Notes: generated by a model not told the origin, from the letters alone. Counted from the first letter of the stretch, positions 26,828 through 37,394 are shown. The stretch: 64,000 bases of DNA from an uncultured Pseudomonadota bacterium (GCA_946613885.1 CAMOGA010000004.1:3205-67204), one strand, 5' to 3'. Numbers and translations are program-made.

Positions 26828-28579
26828 TTATTTCTTGCGTGTTTGGATGCGCCACAACTTACTGTATTCGCCATTTTTATGCAGTAATTGGTTATGTGTG
26901 CCGGTTTCAATAATCTTGCCATTTTTGATTACGACAATCCTATCCATATTTTTAAGTGTCGATAATCTGTGTGCTATTACAAGTGTTGTCTTCCCTTTCA
27001 TGGCATTTGATAATGACTTCTGGATCATTTGTTCGTTTTCTGAATCCAGCGCAGATGTCGCCTCGTCCAACACTAATATCGGGGCATTTTTTAACAATGC
27101 ACGTGCGATAGATACCCGCTGCCGTTGCCCGCCGGATAATTTGATTCCATTATTTCCGACCAAAGTATCATAACCATTTGGTAAATTCATAATAAAATCA
27201 TGGATATTTGCTTTTTTTGCCGCTGCAATAATTTCCGCACGTGTGGCACGTGGTTTTGCATATCGGATATTTTCCATGATTGTACGATTGAACAGTGTTG
27301 TCTCTTGCGGAACAAATGATATATTTTTTAACAAAGAATCTTTTTTAATATCACGTATATCTATTCCGTTTATCAATATCTGACCGTCTTGCACATCATA
27401 CATACGCAATAATAAATTACATATTGTTGTTTTCCCTGCTCCAGACAAACCAACAACCCCAACCTTTTCTGCATTATCAATATGTAAATTAAAATCGCTA
27501 AAAACTTTGTTTTTACCGTATGCAAATGATACATTGTCAAAATCAATTGTTGCTTTTGTTATACGTAAAGTTTTTGCATTTTTTTTATCTTGAATTTGTA
27601 TTGGTACAATCAAATTATTATACGCTTTGGTTACACGGGCAAAATTTGTAGAATATCTGCGCAAAGCATTATTTATTTGCACAAACGAATTATTTATTGA
27701 CATTGATGAAGTCATTACAAATACAGCACTTGAAATCGATAAATTACCATCTTTAACAAAGATAAAACATAGAACCAACATTATTATTCTGGTTAACAAC
27801 CATAATATGTGTGTTGGCAATCCTTGTAATCTATCTAAATAATATGCACGTCTAACTATTTCTATTAATCTTTCACGACCTTTATAGATATACATATTTT
27901 CATATTCTGTATTTGCAAAATATTTAACAGTTAATGCATTATTCAAACTGTCGCTGCGCAAACCGGAATATATTGAACCTTCTTCCATTTCTTCTATTTT
28001 ATTCTCGTTGATTTTTCTTTGTATTGCCCATTCCCATATAACTTTGATAATCCCATAGGTTAATAATATTACCACAAACCATATATTCATTACGAATAAT
28101 GCACCAACTATGAATAAAAAGCCCAGCACAGTTCCAATCATTTGTGTCCAAAAATTTTTCATTAAAAACATAAATTGAGCAGAAATTTCAGTACGCTGTG
28201 ATTCTATTTGTCCGGCAGGATGATCTATAAAAAAAGAAATATCATTTGCATATATTCTTTTATATAATAAATATAATTTATATCGGTTTACAATCTGCAG
28301 TCGCAGCCCATTAATTATGGATACAACCAATTGTAAAATCATACTGAAACACCACATGCTAACCAGCCAAAAAATCAATTTGAATATAATACTATAATTG
28401 GCAGTCAGTGCATTTTCAAAAATTTGCGTTATCCATTTCATTAACAAAGGATCAAATACGATATTTATAGTATGCGCCAACACACCACAGAAAAATATTG
28501 TTCCAAAATACCATGGGAATTTTTTAATAACCAACCAATAAAAACCTCTGACTGTTTTCGGAAAATTATCTTGTTTCAT
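26828..28579 (-). CDS. Fused ABC exporter (6-TM permease + ATPase, MsbA-like type I exporter)
   Basis: N-terminal TM domain, Walker A GLSGAGKTT, signature LSGGQRQR, Walker B LVLDEATSALD. Confidence 0.85.
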   Translation of the reverse strand: MKQDNFPKTVRGFYWLVIKKFPWYFGTIFFCGVLAHTINIVFDPLLMKWITQIFENALTANYSIIFKLIFWLVSMWCFSMILQLVVSIINGLRLQIVNRYKLYLLYKRIYANDISFFIDHPAGQIESQRTEISAQFMFLMKNFWTQMIGTVLGFLFIVGALFVMNIWFVVILLTYGIIKVIWEWAIQRKINENKIEEMEEGSIYSGLRSDSLNNALTVKYFANTEYENMYIYKGRERLIEIVRRAYYLDRLQGLPTHILWLLTRIIMLVLCFIFVKDGNLSISSAVFVMTSSMSINNSFVQINNALRRYSTNFARVTKAYNNLIVPIQIQDKKNAKTLRITKATIDFDNVSFAYGKNKVFSDFNLHIDNAEKVGVVGLSGAGKTTICNLLLRMYDVQDGQILINGIDIRDIKKDSLLKNISFVPQETTLFNRTIMENIRYAKPRATRAEIIAAAKKANIHDFIMNLPNGYDTLVGNNGIKLSGGQRQRVSIARALLKNAPILVLDEATSALDSENEQMIQKSLSNAMKGKTTLVIAHRLSTLKNMDRIVVIKNGKIIETGTHNQLLHKNGEYSKLWRIQTRKK

Positions 28580-28626
28580 ATTTATAGCCTATCCTTGTAA
28601 AAATTCCCTATAATGATTTTGTTCTT

Positions 28627-28655
28627 ATTGTACCATAAAATACATCATGATTCAA
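28627..28655 (-). promoter_or_regulatory. Predicted promoter (TTGAAT-17-TACAAT) of the ABC exporter gene
   Basis: Minus strand: TTGAAT (28655-28650) and TACAAT (28632-28627). Confidence 0.35.
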
Positions 28656-28679
28656 ATGCATACCTGGGGCATATTCTGG

Positions 28680-30068
28680 TTATGTGGCGATATTTATTTC
28701 TGTATCTATCCTGATATTTTTTACAAATGTTTTATCATGCGACACTAATAAAATCGCACCGCTATATTGATTCAGCGCATTTTCCAACACAGATATACTT
28801 TTGATTTCTAAATTATTTGTCGGTTCATCCAAAATTAATAAATCTGGCTGGTTATCACCACCTAGAATCGCCGCTAATGTCGCCTTTAATAATTCGCCCC
28901 CGGATAACATCCCACATTTCTGTAAAGATGCATCACCACGAAAACCGAAATTTGCCGCAATGATATGGGCATCATGTTTAAGACAATCTGCTGTTTCCAT
29001 TATATTTTCAACAACTGTTTTATTTTTATCCAGAATAGATAAATCTTGATTTACATATGCAATTTTGCCGTATGTTTTAACCACACCAGACAAAGGTTTT
29101 AATTCACCACAAATAATTTTTAACAATGTCGATTTTCCAGAACCATTTTTTCCAACCAATCGTACCCTTGATTTACCATACATTGTAAAATCAAAATTTT
29201 GAAATATGATTTTTTTATCATATGAAAAATTCATGTTTTGAATATGTACCAATTCTTTACTGTAAAACGGTTTGTTTGGCACAGGTATTTTTATCATATC
29301 GTTTCGCATCTGTTCAGACAACGATTGTTGAATTGATTTTTGTTCATCCAATTTTTTTTGAATTATAGCACGCTTTTTTGCCTCAGTTTCCTGACTTTTA
29401 CCCTTCAGCGCATTTGCCTCTAATTTACTACGTCTGGAATTAGCAATTTCTTTTTTCTGTTTGGCTTCGTGATGTTGTCGCGTATTTTGTGCAATATTCA
29501 TAGTATTATTCAAACGAATAATTGATTTCTGTGCGTCTATATATTTAGAATATATATTGTCAGATTCAATCTGTTTTTGTGCCGTATAGAAATCATAATT
29601 TCCACCATAGACATATAATCGCCCATTACGCATTTCGATTATCTTATCCATTTGTTGCAACAGTTCTCGGTCATGAGATACAATTATCACACCGTTTTGA
29701 TATGCGTTCAAACGGTTAAAGAATTTTTGTTTTGCATCAACGTCTAAATTATTTGTCGGTTCATCCAATAATAAAATATCTGCCCCAGATTCAAAAGCAC
29801 GCATCAATGCAAACATTTGTTGTTCGCCGCCACTTTTGGAATCTGATACGTTTATTTGATTTAACAGATAAACACTGGCATTTCTGGTGACGTTCCCAGA
29901 ATCAGGCAACAAATCACCAGTCAACAACCGCAATAATGTTGTTTTACCACATCCATTATCACCAATAATTGCCACGTGTTCATTATCATTAAACGCAACA
30001 GAAACACCGTCTAACAAATTGTTATCGTTATATCCAAAAAATACATTTGACAAAGAAATAAAAGCCAT
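28680..30068 (-). CDS. ABC-F family ATPase (two NBDs, no TM domain)
   Basis: Two Walker A sites (GDNGCGKTT, GKNGSGKST), two Walker B sites (LLLDEPTNNLD, LILDEPTNNLE) and a K/E-rich inter-domain linker. Confidence 0.8.
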   Translation of the reverse strand: MAFISLSNVFFGYNDNNLLDGVSVAFNDNEHVAIIGDNGCGKTTLLRLLTGDLLPDSGNVTRNASVYLLNQINVSDSKSGGEQQMFALMRAFESGADILLLDEPTNNLDVDAKQKFFNRLNAYQNGVIIVSHDRELLQQMDKIIEMRNGRLYVYGGNYDFYTAQKQIESDNIYSKYIDAQKSIIRLNNTMNIAQNTRQHHEAKQKKEIANSRRSKLEANALKGKSQETEAKKRAIIQKKLDEQKSIQQSLSEQMRNDMIKIPVPNKPFYSKELVHIQNMNFSYDKKIIFQNFDFTMYGKSRVRLVGKNGSGKSTLLKIICGELKPLSGVVKTYGKIAYVNQDLSILDKNKTVVENIMETADCLKHDAHIIAANFGFRGDASLQKCGMLSGGELLKATLAAILGGDNQPDLLILDEPTNNLEIKSISVLENALNQYSGAILLVSHDKTFVKNIRIDTEINIAT

Positions 30069-30214
30069 AAATAAAACCTTTGCTATTGTAATTAAACTAA
30101 CACATATTTCTATGTGCGATTTATATATAAAATTACAATATTACATGCGCATCGGTTTTATCCTTTTGTTATTGTTTTACGTATTTTGACACAAAAATGT
30201 TATTAAGTCAAGTT

Positions 30215-31381
30215 TCATTTTTCCAGCGCAACTATCCCAGGTAATGATTCACCGGCAATAAAATCTAAAAATGCCCCACCCCCGGTTGAAACATAGGTCA
30301 TATCTTTATGAACATTTATCGCATCCAGACATGCCACTGTGTCGCCACCGCCAATGACAGATTTGATTTGTTTTTCTGTTGTTAAACGCGCCAATTCACG
30401 TGCAAAGGCAAATGAAGATTTTCCCCAAACATCGCCCCATTCCGCCATACCAAATGTTCCATTCCAAATAACTGTTTTGGCATTTTGTAAAACTGTTTTA
30501 TTTCTGGCAATTGTTTTTTCGCCATCATCCATGATTACATCGTCATCATGAATATCATTTACATCACGTTCAATGCGTTTTTCATTTTTATCAAAATTTT
30601 TACCGACACCCTTATCCAACGGTAATAAAAATTCACAATTGTTTTCACGTGCCATATTCATTATTTCAATCGCGACATTTGCCATATCTGGTTCATATAA
30701 AGAATTTCCAACCGGTGCACCATTTGCAAAATTAAAAGTCGTTCCCATTGCACCACCAACGACAACTGTGTCTGCAACCGTCACCAATTTTTTTAATACA
30801 TTTATTTTTGTTGAAACCTTGCTGCCCCCGACAAAAGCAATTAATGGTCGAACCGGATTTTCCAACGCAGATGTTATATTTTCAATTTCCCCCATTAATA
30901 ATTCGCCAGCATATGACGGTAAATATTTTGTTATACCAACAATGGATGCAGCGCTGCGATGCGATACTGCAAATGCATCATTTATATAAATATCAAAACC
31001 GGTTGCCAATTGTTTTGCAAACGCATCATCATTTTTTTCTTCCCCGATATGAAAACGCAAATTTTCCATTAACACGACATCACCGTTTTTCATATCCTGC
31101 AAAAAATCTTTGTTCAAACAATCGTCAATAAATGGGATATTCATATATTCTGCAATCGGGCGCAAAGACAAAGATTCATCACGTTCGCCCTTTGGTCGTC
31201 CAAGATGCGAAATAATAACAACACGCGCACCATTTGAAACCAAATGTTTAATCGTTGGCATGGTTGCATCAATACGAAACGCATCGGTTATTTTGCCATC
31301 TATGATTTGCACATTAAAATCAGTCCGCAATAAAATATATTTGCCACGAACAGAATTATAATCCACAACACGTATTGTCAT
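30215..31381 (-). CDS. pgk: Phosphoglycerate kinase
   Basis: Conserved RxDFNVP-like N-terminus (LRTDFNVQ), ISHLGRPKG, GGGDT and GGGAFLDF motifs. Confidence 0.95.
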   Translation of the reverse strand: MTIRVVDYNSVRGKYILLRTDFNVQIIDGKITDAFRIDATMPTIKHLVSNGARVVIISHLGRPKGERDESLSLRPIAEYMNIPFIDDCLNKDFLQDMKNGDVVLMENLRFHIGEEKNDDAFAKQLATGFDIYINDAFAVSHRSAASIVGITKYLPSYAGELLMGEIENITSALENPVRPLIAFVGGSKVSTKINVLKKLVTVADTVVVGGAMGTTFNFANGAPVGNSLYEPDMANVAIEIMNMARENNCEFLLPLDKGVGKNFDKNEKRIERDVNDIHDDDVIMDDGEKTIARNKTVLQNAKTVIWNGTFGMAEWGDVWGKSSFAFARELARLTTEKQIKSVIGGGDTVACLDAINVHKDMTYVSTGGGAFLDFIAGESLPGIVALEK

Positions 31382-31403
31382 TTCCCTTTCCTTTCATATT
31401 TGT

Positions 31404-31628
31404 TTAATCACCATATTCCCTGCCCATATTATGCAGATTAAATTTTGGATTACCTAAATCTCTGGCAGTGTAAGATCTGCGAACATCAACAATTTTTTCC
31501 AATGCTTCCATTTCTTCAAAACCCAACTTACCCAACCCCAAACCAGTTCTAGGTTTAACAAAATTATTCAGTTTATCCAACATACCACTGTTTATAGATG
31601 GGCAAGTTCTTTTATTGTTTTCTGACAT
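31404..31628 (-). CDS. Hypothetical 74-aa protein (tandem paralog 2)
   Basis: ORF packed between the neighbouring 74-aa ORF (13-nt gap) and pgk (22-nt gap). Shares KIV-x2-R-x-Y-x3-D-x5-F with the adjacent 74-aa ORF. Confidence 0.5.
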   Translation of the reverse strand: MSENNKRTCPSINSGMLDKLNNFVKPRTGLGLGKLGFEEMEALEKIVDVRRSYTARDLGNPKFNLHNMGREYGD

Positions 31629-31641
31629 TTTAAATTCCTTG

Positions 31642-31866
31642 TTATCTTATATGGCTTAAATCTGGTATGAAAGTTTGCGGCACGAAATCAAAAGATGAAT
31701 AAGGACGATGTCTATTTACAATTTTTTGAAATTCTGCAAAAGTTACTTTATCCATACATTCACCACAAGACTTTACAATTGTAATAATGTGATCTTTAAA
31801 GATATCTTTGTTTAAAACATCGCTGTCTTGCCCAATATTATCTTCACGTTTCAATTTTATCGTCAT
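31642..31866 (-). CDS. Hypothetical 74-aa protein (tandem paralog 1)
   Basis: Same length as the downstream ORF and weakly similar in the C-terminal half. 11-nt gap to the upstream gene. Confidence 0.5.
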   Translation of the reverse strand: MTIKLKREDNIGQDSDVLNKDIFKDHIITIVKSCGECMDKVTFAEFQKIVNRHRPYSSFDFVPQTFIPDLSHIR

Positions 31867-31877
31867 GTCATACCTCT

Positions 31878-32543
31878 TTATTTTTCTTTAAATATATTAA
31901 GATTTTTTTGCACAGCATTTGTAATACATTTTAAACCTTTGTCGGCATTTTTTAATTTTTGCGCATCTCTTTCTTTTTGCCAATTGACATGAGCTTTAAT
32001 CATTTCACTGGGTTCAGACGGACGTGTATCATACAGATAAGTATATGTTAAACCAGGATTCATCAAACCAACATTCGTCGTTATTTTTCCATTTTCTATT
32101 CTGTACCAGTTTTGATCCAACCCAAGACCACGTCTGATTCCTGACGCTGCAGTGATGGCGGCGTACGCAGAAGCAGACAAATTAAATTCATACATATTTT
32201 TAGAAGATATACGTTTCCATATACTACCGTACCAGCCACCTATTTTTTTATATTTTTCTCCCCCAATCCAATTCACTTCAAAAATAAAATCACCTATCAT
32301 TTCAGGATGAAATTCTTGGATACCAAACCATCTGCCATATTTTACATCTACTTCTTTTGGTTCTGGAATCATACGAACATCAACATATGCCAAAATATCA
32401 TAATTTTGATTTATAATAATTTTTGAAAACACCGGCCATAATTGATTATACCAATATTCTTTTACCATAATTTCCGTATTTCCATCAGGCAATTGTTTAG
32501 TTGAAACCAAATTAACTGGTAGTTCTTCTTTTTTTTCTGACAT
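31878..32543 (-). CDS. Hypothetical 221-aa cytoplasmic protein
   Basis: ORF starts 2 nt after the rnhB stop. No recognisable motif. Confidence 0.6.
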   Translation of the reverse strand: MSEKKEELPVNLVSTKQLPDGNTEIMVKEYWYNQLWPVFSKIIINQNYDILAYVDVRMIPEPKEVDVKYGRWFGIQEFHPEMIGDFIFEVNWIGGEKYKKIGGWYGSIWKRISSKNMYEFNLSASAYAAITAASGIRRGLGLDQNWYRIENGKITTNVGLMNPGLTYTYLYDTRPSEPSEMIKAHVNWQKERDAQKLKNADKGLKCITNAVQKNLNIFKEK

Positions 32544-32545
32544 TT

Positions 32546-33169
32546 TTATACCTTTTTTTCATCTATAATCTTTTTTACCGGTCCAAACGTCTTTCTATAA
32601 TGTTCATTTATACCATACTTTTCTATCGCTTGCAAGTGTTCAGCGGTTGGATAACCGGCATTTTTTTCCCATGCGTATTCGGGATATTTTTGCGCCAATT
32701 CGTGCATTAAACGGTCACGTGTCACCTTGGCAATAATGGATGCAGATGCAATTGATAGCGATTTTGCATCGCCCTTTACCAGCGCAGTTCCATTTAACCC
32801 GTTTGGCACACGATTTCCATCAATTAAACAATGTTCTGGTGAAATTGATAAATCATCAACTGCACGTTCCATTGCCCGCATAGATGCCCATAAAATATTT
32901 AATTCGTCAATTTCCGCCGGACTGCATTGTCCAACTGCCCAAATAATATCTGGATTATTTGTTATCCAGTCATATGCTATATTACGCTGTTTTTCGCTCA
33001 TTTGTTTTGAATCTGTAATTAACGGCATATCATCAAAATCATATTTCAAAAAAACAACCGCACCAGCAACCACCGGTCCACACAAAGGTCCGCGCCCCGC
33101 CTCATCCACACCGGCAATTATTTTTTTACCACAATTTATTTCAAATGAAAAATCTGGGACACTTCGCAT
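32546..33169 (-). CDS. rnhB: Ribonuclease HII
   Basis: GVDEAGRGPLCGPVVAGAV and DSKQMSEKQR motifs. Confidence 0.9.
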   Translation of the reverse strand: MRSVPDFSFEINCGKKIIAGVDEAGRGPLCGPVVAGAVVFLKYDFDDMPLITDSKQMSEKQRNIAYDWITNNPDIIWAVGQCSPAEIDELNILWASMRAMERAVDDLSISPEHCLIDGNRVPNGLNGTALVKGDAKSLSIASASIIAKVTRDRLMHELAQKYPEYAWEKNAGYPTAEHLQAIEKYGINEHYRKTFGPVKKIIDEKKV

Positions 33170-33171
33170 AA

Positions 33172-34899
33172 CTATATCGATTGTTTATCAAACACGGCGT
33201 TGTATACATATTCGTCTTCGCTGTTATATAATGGCCATTTACCGTCTGCCAATTCAGATAATGCCGTCAATGGTTGATTTAATCGTGCACGATATAACCA
33301 TAAATTAGACATCACGCGTTTAATATAACCGCGTGTTTCATACGCAGGAAAACTTTCAATATATAACAACGGGTCGGTTGTAGAAAAACTTTTTTCAAAT
33401 TTTGCCAAATTTCCAATACCTGCATTATACGCAATTAACATTTTAATAATGTTATTTTGAATCAATGGCTGTTGCAATAAATCTACGATATATTGTTGTC
33501 CCAAAAACATGTTATGTTCTGGATTTGACATATCAATATCAGACATTTTTACAGAATTTTTACGTGCCACTAATTTTGCAGTTCCAGGCATCAATTGCAT
33601 AACACCATTTGCACCGACGTTTGATTTTGCCGTTTGTTTAAAACCGCTTTCCTGTTTAGTAATTGCGAATAACAATGCCCTGTCGATTGACCAACCGCCC
33701 ATTGGTTCCCAATTAGGCAACGGATATTGCGCAGAATAAATAATATCATCATTGATTTCTAAAATTCCCCTGTCGCGCATAACACCAGAAACCAAAATTG
33801 ACACACTGGGCAATCCATATAACGAAGATACTGCATTAACCGCATGCAACATTTTATCTGAAGATTTTGCAGTCACCAGATATTTCAAATATTGTTCTGC
33901 CCTGTCTTTACGTCCAACCTGAATTAACGCCAACGCCTTTTTACCATATTTATCATTACGTAATGTCACAATGTCTTCATCAGAACATTCCTGATCAAAA
34001 AATTCATATTCTGGTGTGTTGCCCAACATAGTCGATGCCAGCGCACCATAAAAAGACATTGGGTGTGACGATGCAATTTTCCAATATTTTTTTGCACTAT
34101 CAGCATCATCATTTATATCTGCACAACGTCCTGCCCAAAAAGCTGCTTCGGTTTTACGGGCATTATTGATTTGTGTCAAATCTAAAATTTGGCTGAAATA
34201 TTTTTGTGCTTCTTTATACTTATTTTCTTTGAAATACAACAAACCCATAGACCATAATCCATATTCAGATTTTGCATCTGCCGCGACAAATCCCCATTTT
34301 TTTGCCAATTCATATTCTGCATTTGTATAATATAAAAATGATAAACGTCCTGCTAAACGTCCATAATCGGCTTCTGATAATTTTGCCTTGAACGATTTGT
34401 CTTCCAGTATGCGACGCGCTGCACGTGACGAGCCAGATCGAATTGCCTTTTTAAATTTATCAATTGTTTTTGTTGTTTTACCTTTATACGTTTTTACAGT
34501 CCATGTTTCAGATTGTGCACTTTCGATATATTCTTTGCCGGTCACAATGTTGGGGGTTGTTGGTTTACGCACAGATGCCTTTTTAATTTTTGCCATTTTT
34601 GCCAGACGTTCTGCACCCGGCATATCATGATATTTATTCATCCAACTTTGTAATTCATTACCACGCGTATGATATGTTTTGGATACATAACGTTGATATA
34701 AAACCTCGTTCATTAAAAATTTATCTGTTAACTTGGTTTCTAATTTTTTTGCTGTTTCGATTTTTTCACGATCTTGCAATATAAAAATTTGTGCATAAAT
34801 CGCCGCATCTTCATCCGAAAAAATATCCACAGATTCTATGCCCCATGAAATTAATGGGTATAAAACCAACATTAAAAAAGCGAATATTTTCTTCATCAT
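33172..34899 (-). CDS. slt: Soluble lytic murein transglycosylase (Slt70-like)
   Basis: Signal peptide from MMKKIFAFLMLV, superhelical repeat region, and an SLT catalytic region ITKQESGF...GANGVMQLMPGTA...YNAG. The track start at 34929 is TTG. ATG 34899 overlaps the nrdR stop by 1 nt. Confidence 0.8.
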   Translation of the reverse strand: MMKKIFAFLMLVLYPLISWGIESVDIFSDEDAAIYAQIFILQDREKIETAKKLETKLTDKFLMNEVLYQRYVSKTYHTRGNELQSWMNKYHDMPGAERLAKMAKIKKASVRKPTTPNIVTGKEYIESAQSETWTVKTYKGKTTKTIDKFKKAIRSGSSRAARRILEDKSFKAKLSEADYGRLAGRLSFLYYTNAEYELAKKWGFVAADAKSEYGLWSMGLLYFKENKYKEAQKYFSQILDLTQINNARKTEAAFWAGRCADINDDADSAKKYWKIASSHPMSFYGALASTMLGNTPEYEFFDQECSDEDIVTLRNDKYGKKALALIQVGRKDRAEQYLKYLVTAKSSDKMLHAVNAVSSLYGLPSVSILVSGVMRDRGILEINDDIIYSAQYPLPNWEPMGGWSIDRALLFAITKQESGFKQTAKSNVGANGVMQLMPGTAKLVARKNSVKMSDIDMSNPEHNMFLGQQYIVDLLQQPLIQNNIIKMLIAYNAGIGNLAKFEKSFSTTDPLLYIESFPAYETRGYIKRVMSNLWLYRARLNQPLTALSELADGKWPLYNSEDEYVYNAVFDKQSI

Positions 34900-35399
34900 C
34901 AAAACAAAGTCGTTTTTGGTAATTCGCAAACGATTGCATCTTCGTCTGCCTCTGGTATTTGATTAATAATTTTTTTGAAATCAGACACACGTGAAAATTT
35001 ACGATACACAGAAACAAAACGTATAAATGCAATTGGATCTAAATTCAATAATGAATCAGACACCATTTGTCCAACCTGGGCACTGGTGACCGTGTCATCT
35101 GCACTTTCTGTTTCCAGACGACGTTGAATCGATGCAACCAAACGGTCGATTTGATCATCGTGTACATCACGATTGCGACATGCCAATTTTATTGAACGAA
35201 ATAATTTTTCACGATCAAAGGGTTCTGTTTTTCCACTGTTTTTACGAACAGTCAAATCACGCATTTGAACGCGTTCAACCGTTGTGAATTTTGCACCACA
35301 TTGATTACACACACGGCGGCGACGAATAATCGCATCACCGCTGTCCGGGCGAGAATCAGCCACACGACTGTCAGTAGAATTACAGTAAGGACATCTCAT
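34899..35399 (-). CDS. nrdR: Transcriptional repressor NrdR
   Basis: MRCPYCNSTDSRVADSR...CNQCGAKFTTVE zinc ribbon followed by an ATP-cone. Confidence 0.95.
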   Translation of the reverse strand: MRCPYCNSTDSRVADSRPDSGDAIIRRRRVCNQCGAKFTTVERVQMRDLTVRKNSGKTEPFDREKLFRSIKLACRNRDVHDDQIDRLVASIQRRLETESADDTVTSAQVGQMVSDSLLNLDPIAFIRFVSVYRKFSRVSDFKKIINQIPEADEDAIVCELPKTTLF

Positions 35400-35453
35400 A
35401 ATTAACAAGGTTAGAAAAAAATCATCAACAAGTAAAGAAGAATTTCAAGCATA

Positions 35454-35481
35454 TTGACAAAGTAAAATCATGTGTTATTAT
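35454..35481 (+). promoter_or_regulatory. Predicted promoter (TTGACA-16-TGtTATTAT)
   Basis: TTGACA at 35454-35459 and TGTTATTAT at 35473-35481. It overlaps the track ATG at 35470. Confidence 0.4.
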
Positions 35482-35490
35482 CTGCATATT

Positions 35491-36138
35491 ATGAGATGTT
35501 ATTACGATATTAAATACCCTTATTTGCAATATTCTTATACGGATACAGACGGTGATTATATTATGTTTTCTGTCCCGCCAGCAATGTTAGCACATAAATA
35601 TTACACTGTATTTAATAAACAACCTGAATCTTTTTTTGATTGTGGTGCCGCAATTGGTATGATTGTTCAACTGGCATTGGATTACGGTATGGATGCACGT
35701 GGAATTGATATAAAAAGATATCCACCGCAACATCAATCTTTTCCTTGGATGAAACATATGGGCAAATTTTATGCTGTACCACATGCAAAACTGCAAGATT
35801 TGTTTGATTCCGGTCGCATAGAAATCAAATCTGTATTGGATTGTGAACCTGTAAAATCAGACATTGCATATTGCAATGGCACGTTAACTTATTTTGATGA
35901 ACAAACATTACCAAATGTATTATCAAAATTTCAAAATGTTAAAATGTTATGCGCAATTCATAACACAACCGAAGATGTTAATGCCGCCAAAGAATTGGGC
36001 GAAAAACTGGGGACTTGCAACGAACCCAGAACAATAAAACCTAATAAATGGTGGATTAAGACATTTAATAAAAATGGATTTAACGCCGAATATGATTACA
36101 CATTGCGCACTTTTATTGCGATTCCGCGTCAAAGATAG
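35491..36138 (+). CDS. Putative class I SAM-dependent methyltransferase-like protein (start uncertain: 35491 or 35563)
   Basis: FDCGAAIGMIVQLALDYGMDARGIDI resembles methyltransferase motif I/post-I. The rest is not recognised. Confidence 0.45.
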   Translation: MRCYYDIKYPYLQYSYTDTDGDYIMFSVPPAMLAHKYYTVFNKQPESFFDCGAAIGMIVQLALDYGMDARGIDIKRYPPQHQSFPWMKHMGKFYAVPHAKLQDLFDSGRIEIKSVLDCEPVKSDIAYCNGTLTYFDEQTLPNVLSKFQNVKMLCAIHNTTEDVNAAKELGEKLGTCNEPRTIKPNKWWIKTFNKNGFNAEYDYTLRTFIAIPRQR

Positions 36139-36293
36139 TTTTTTATTTCGAAAAATTTTCTAAAAAATAACTTTTTTAAAAAAATCAAGTGTTTTTTTTG
36201 CAAACCGATTCGCTGGATGCTTTTTTTGGGTGCCAAAATATGGTAAAATATACCCAAGATATGGCTCAAAGCCAGGGGAGAAAAAAACAAAAA

Positions 36294-37394
36294 ATGCAAA
36301 AATATCTGAATCAGATTTTGTGCGGTGATTGTATCGAAATTATGCGCAATATTCCGACTGCTTCTGTGGATGCTGTTTTTGCAGATTCACCTTATAATTT
36401 ACAACTGGGTGCAAAAACATTATACAGACCCGAAGACCAAACGGCTGCGCGTGCTGTCCGGGACAGCTGGGATGCGTTTGAATCAAATGCACAATATGAT
36501 GAATTTACTCGCGATTGGATACGGGAGTGCAAACGTATATTAAAACCAGATGGCGCAATGTGGGTTATCGGTTCATATCATAACATTTTTCGCGTTGGTG
36601 CAATTTTACAAGACATGGGATTTTGGATTCTGAACGATATTGTTTGGGTAAAAACTAACCCTATGCCAAATTTCCGTGGAACACGTTTTACAAATGCCCA
36701 CGAAACATTGATTTGGGCAACACCAACAAAAACAGGTAAATATACATTTAATTATGAAACCATGAAAAAATTAAATGGTGGTAAACAAATGCGTTCCGAT
36801 TGGGATATAAATATATGTCTGGGCGAAGAACGCGTTAAAGACAGCGATGGCAAAAGTTTACATAACACACAGAAACCAATGGATTTATTACGCCGTGTGA
36901 TTTTGGCTTCGACAAAACCAGGCGATATAATATTGGATCCATTTGTTGGTTCTGGAACAACCGCGGCAACAGCAAAAGAATTAGGACGGCAATTCATCGG
37001 GATTGATCGTGAAGAATCTTATGTAAATGCCGCCCGTGAACGTGTTGCAAAAATCCAACCAATTGATTTATCTGATATTGAAGTCAGCAAACCAAAACGT
37101 GATGAGATTAAGGTTGCGTTCCGCGAATTAATCGATGCAGGATTGTTGTATGTCGGACAAACCTTGGTTGGTCCACGTGGGGATCGTGTGATGATTACAC
37201 ACGATGGACAATTGATACACACATTGTATGGCAAGGCATCAATTCATGTTATGGCGGCACGCATTCAACACAGCGTCAGTTTTAATGGCTGGGATTATTG
37301 GTCGGCTGAAAAGAAAGACGGTAAATTGGTTCCAATTGATGAATTACGTAAATATGTCCGCAATATCAAATCAAATATGAAACAGGCCGCATAA
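36294..37394 (+). CDS. ccrM: CcrM-type N6-adenine DNA methyltransferase (GANTC-specific family)
   Basis: Appears colinear with Caulobacter CcrM as I recall it (not alignment-checked): GDCIEIM, WVIGSYHNIFRVG, FWILNDIVW, NPMPNFRGTRF, DPFVGSGTT. ATG 36294 follows an AGGGGAG SD. The track start is GTG. Confidence 0.9.
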   Translation: MQKYLNQILCGDCIEIMRNIPTASVDAVFADSPYNLQLGAKTLYRPEDQTAARAVRDSWDAFESNAQYDEFTRDWIRECKRILKPDGAMWVIGSYHNIFRVGAILQDMGFWILNDIVWVKTNPMPNFRGTRFTNAHETLIWATPTKTGKYTFNYETMKKLNGGKQMRSDWDINICLGEERVKDSDGKSLHNTQKPMDLLRRVILASTKPGDIILDPFVGSGTTAATAKELGRQFIGIDREESYVNAARERVAKIQPIDLSDIEVSKPKRDEIKVAFRELIDAGLLYVGQTLVGPRGDRVMITHDGQLIHTLYGKASIHVMAARIQHSVSFNGWDYWSAEKKDGKLVPIDELRKYVRNIKSNMKQAA

